Source: the human T2T-CHM13v2.0 reference genome, Homo sapiens
Strand: one strand, 5' to 3'
NCBI RefSeq assembly: GCF_009914755.1
Contig: NC_060927.1
DNA length: 64,000 bases
Within the stretch, counting starts at the first letter, position 1. Every line of letters begins with the position of its first letter. Below, in pieces: positions 60,855-64,000 of this stretch. The position numbers were made by a program, and so were the translations under genes. The notes under the pieces are model-generated. The model saw nothing but the letters and a program-made list of their open reading frames with translations, ran no database searches and had not been told where the DNA came from.

Positions 60855-62819
60855 GGCACTTCATAAATTAGTAAAATAGAGGAATTGACAGAATATTTTT
60901 ATAGCAGGTAAAGAAAGTAAGAAAACATTAAGTGGGAAAAAGAAGTTAATAGCCATTAGCATGCAACTACTATGATTTTTATTATCCTTTTCCATGTAAA
61001 AAGACATATAAAGAACTAGGAAGCATTAGAACTACCATAGGTCATCCTCTCATTAAATAAAGTCCAAAAAAAAAAAAAAAAAACAAAAAAAACAAAAAAC
61101 AAGGGCCAGGGGGTGGGAGTTGGAGAGGGGCTTATAGCTCAAGGTACTATTTTTCTGTGGAAGGCCCGTTACTGTTAATACGTGTGCTATAAAATAAAGA
61201 GGAGTCAGATGAATTTGGGGAAAACCAAGTTTTTTAAAAGGTATATGTCATTTCAGGAATTCCTAGGGCCTGTAACTGATAAAAATATATTGCGACTTTC
61301 CACAAGCAGAAATAGCATAGAATTATTGCGCCAAAGCTTTTCGACCATAGAATATCACCTGAGGAATACGCTTTGCAAATTGCTACAGTAATCTCTCTCT
61401 CACTGCTGCACCCACGCTTCACTGAATGTGTGGTGTAGAATGGGTTCTGATCCTCTCCCACCTGATGATATGGTTGTCCCCACACTGGCTTTTTTCTTTT
61501 ACTTATGGCAAGCGATCGGCCTGATAAAGCTGAAACTACTAATGGGCTATTCAGGGGCTTTCATCCACCTGAGTCCAAAGCCTTTGCAAAATGACTTCCC
61601 GGAACTCAGAGGCAGTCTGCAGCTGGAGCAGTTAGCACTTCGCCAGAAAATAGTTTGTCTTCGTTTTCAGTGTATTTTTCTTTTCTCAGAAGAAAGAAAA
61701 CAAATAGTCTCAAGTAAATGAATAGAGGAACATGCAGAATTCTCTTTAAAATGGCAGCTTCATGACTTTGCCAAATAAATGAAGATATATTTTAGACATG
61801 TATACTCGCTTTACATCTAACTGTGATTTCTTGTTACTTTGCTGATTTTCTTTGAAAATGGAATATAAATATTCAGTAACAGGGATTGTTCTGTTGATGA
61901 AGTCTAGTTAAGTTGTAATAACAACTAAATTGATTAAGAACATAGGGCTAAGAATCATGTAGCCTCTTAATCTCACTTTTTCTAAGCTTCCAGGTAGCCC
62001 TTTATTTTGCAGTAATGGAAACTCCAGCCATCTGAGCAGAATTCATATGAAGTCTACATGCCAAAGAAATAGAATTTTGCATTTATTTTCTGTTTTCTAC
62101 TTCCACTTGGAAAGTATCTTTTTCCCCCTAGAAACACATTTAAAAGGGTATAAAAGGGGCTTTCTGTTTGGGGCCAGAACCAGAAAAGGAAAGACAATGG
62201 AGAAAAAAAATATTAGCTCAGCTTTTCCGGACTTGAAATAATGTGTGATTTTTGCAGTTTCTCCAACTTTTGAGACTAGGTCTGGTAGAATGCTTAATTC
62301 TTTCAGCTGGCGAATCACCTTTCCTCTATGGGGATATTAATGCCCAGTTAAAATTTCTCCATACGAATAAGGAAAAAAACATTTGAATACAGCAGAGCTG
62401 TGACTAGATTGATAAATAAAATCATTCTGTCCCTACCCCATTAATTCTCCCTTTCACCGTTTGGAGGTCCTGTGGGCTGAAGCAGTACATCATTTAAATA
62501 GTACCTTCAGGTGTTTCACTGAGACCTAATTAAAATTGATGTTGTCATCTGGTGTTTCCTTGTGCAATTTGTCTAGCTCCATGCAAATTGCAAAACAGAG
62601 CTCTTGATTAGGACTTTGTCCTTCTTCAAGAAACTGCCCAAGATTTCCTTTAGGTGCTCCAGAAAACGATTTGGCCAGTTGGGAAAAAAAACTTAAGAGT
62701 CACTGCGTTCACTGATTTCCTTGGCAAGATATCCAAGTGGTCCTTTTGAATGGATCAGCTGTGACAAGTAAGGCAGTATCCCCCAAGACTTTCCATTCCA
62801 TAATTGAATTAAAAAAAAA

Positions 62820-63110
62820 AATTCTTACGATTATTTGTTCTCACAAAATATACGTATCAGTCTCATACTATGTACCTTGGAAATAAGGCTATGTATAGGC
62901 AACAAGACCCCATCCTTTGGTGGAGCTCAGACTAGCAGGAAGACAGACATCAACTAGTAATTAACAATAACACATAATGAAGGCATCAGGAAGAAGGAAC
63001 TGGCGCTGTGTATTTAACGTAGGGGTCAGGAAGGCCACTTCCCTGAGGAAAGGAAATCAAGACACCTCCAGAAGGATACCGACTGGAGATGAGGCTGGAG
63101 AGGGTACCAC
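62820..63110 (-). mobile_element. L2 fragment
   Basis: GGAGCTCAGACTAGCAGGAAGACAGAC...GGGGTCAGGAAGGCCACTTCCCTGAGGAA. Confidence 0.62.
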
Positions 63111-63499
63111 CCTCTCCAGATATGTGCTGTATATCATCAGAATAACAGAGCTAGACATTTGCTTTCTATCCTTCATGCTTTTGTTCAAGTTTTCCCTTTA
63201 TATTTACAAACTAAAGACCAATTTCTCCTCATAGAAGACTATTAATAAGTTTGTAGCTATGGTCCTTTCTTTTGTGTTTCTTTAGAAAACAATGATTTAA
63301 AAATAAAAGCTACCATTTATTAAATGTTCACATTGTGTCAAGCCCATTGAATTCTCACAAATGTTTTCATTTCATCAACTTTTGAAAGAAACTGGAGTTC
63401 AGAAGTTTTACTCAACTAGGCAGTGGCCTAGCTAGGAATCAAAGCCAGATCTGAGACATTGAAGTGTCCAATTTTTACCAGTTTACTGGGGTTTTCTTC

Positions 63500-63700
63500 A
63501 ATGTTCACATCTACAAACCACTTCATCAAAACGATGAGGGGAGTGTTTGTTAAAAAGACAGAGTTCCAGCCCCGCTCCGTGCAACACCCCACCCCCCACC
63601 CCCTGCAGCTGTTTTGAGTCTGAATCTCTGAGGATGTGGACGGAGAATTTGCAGTTCAACAAGTTCCCCAGGGGCTTCCCATGCATTTGAGAATCAGCAC
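63500..63700. mobile_element. MER5-like relic
   Basis: GTTTGTTAAAAAGACAGAGTTCC...TGAATCTCTGAGGATG...AATTTGCAGTTCAACAAGTTCCCCAGG. Confidence 0.55.
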
Positions 63701-64000
63701 ACTGCACACAGCTATGCACTTGTAAGACCGGGGTGTGGAGAGACAGACCACTGCTAAGGCAGTTTACTGTACTCTTGTCCACGATCTTGGATTGTTCTCT
63801 TGGCCATTTGATGAAATACTACAATGCAGAATGGTTATGATTTTCAAACTGCAAATAGTTTAGCCCCACATTTTGGCAAGATATCTAGGCAGAGCTCACA
63901 GAAGAGCTGCTTATTCAGGCTTCAGCCAAGCTGTGAAAAGTGAGGCCTTTTGAGAGGAAGTGAGATAAGACAAAAACTTAAAAAAACAAACATTCTGAGG

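Overview
Primate, most likely human, non-coding (intronic or intergenic) DNA. It is AT-rich, CpG-depleted, has no CpG island and is heavily repeat-derived. I find no protein-coding host exon, tRNA, rRNA or recognisable small RNA gene. The only real protein homology is the disabled ORF2 of a 5'-truncated L1PA3-type LINE-1 (46560-50450, 18-bp TSD). Other elements are about 15 Alu/FLAM copies, a solo LTR10A/F-type LTR, a THE1 solo LTR, several MLT1/LTR33-type LTRs, old L1M mosaics, MIR/L2 and MER DNA-transposon relics. The most interesting observations are: (1) an AP-1 tandem array in the LTR10; (2) an Alu-foreign spacer-Alu composite enclosed by a single TSD; (3) a 90%-identical non-repeat block duplicated 1990 bp away into an L2 with scrambled junctions; (4) a near-consensus p53/p63 element arisen within a MIR; (5) splice signals that could outline a minus-strand lncRNA. 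I see no evidence for a wholly new multi-gene system. Repeat subfamily names come from recalled consensus sequences, and boundaries of old repeats are approximate.
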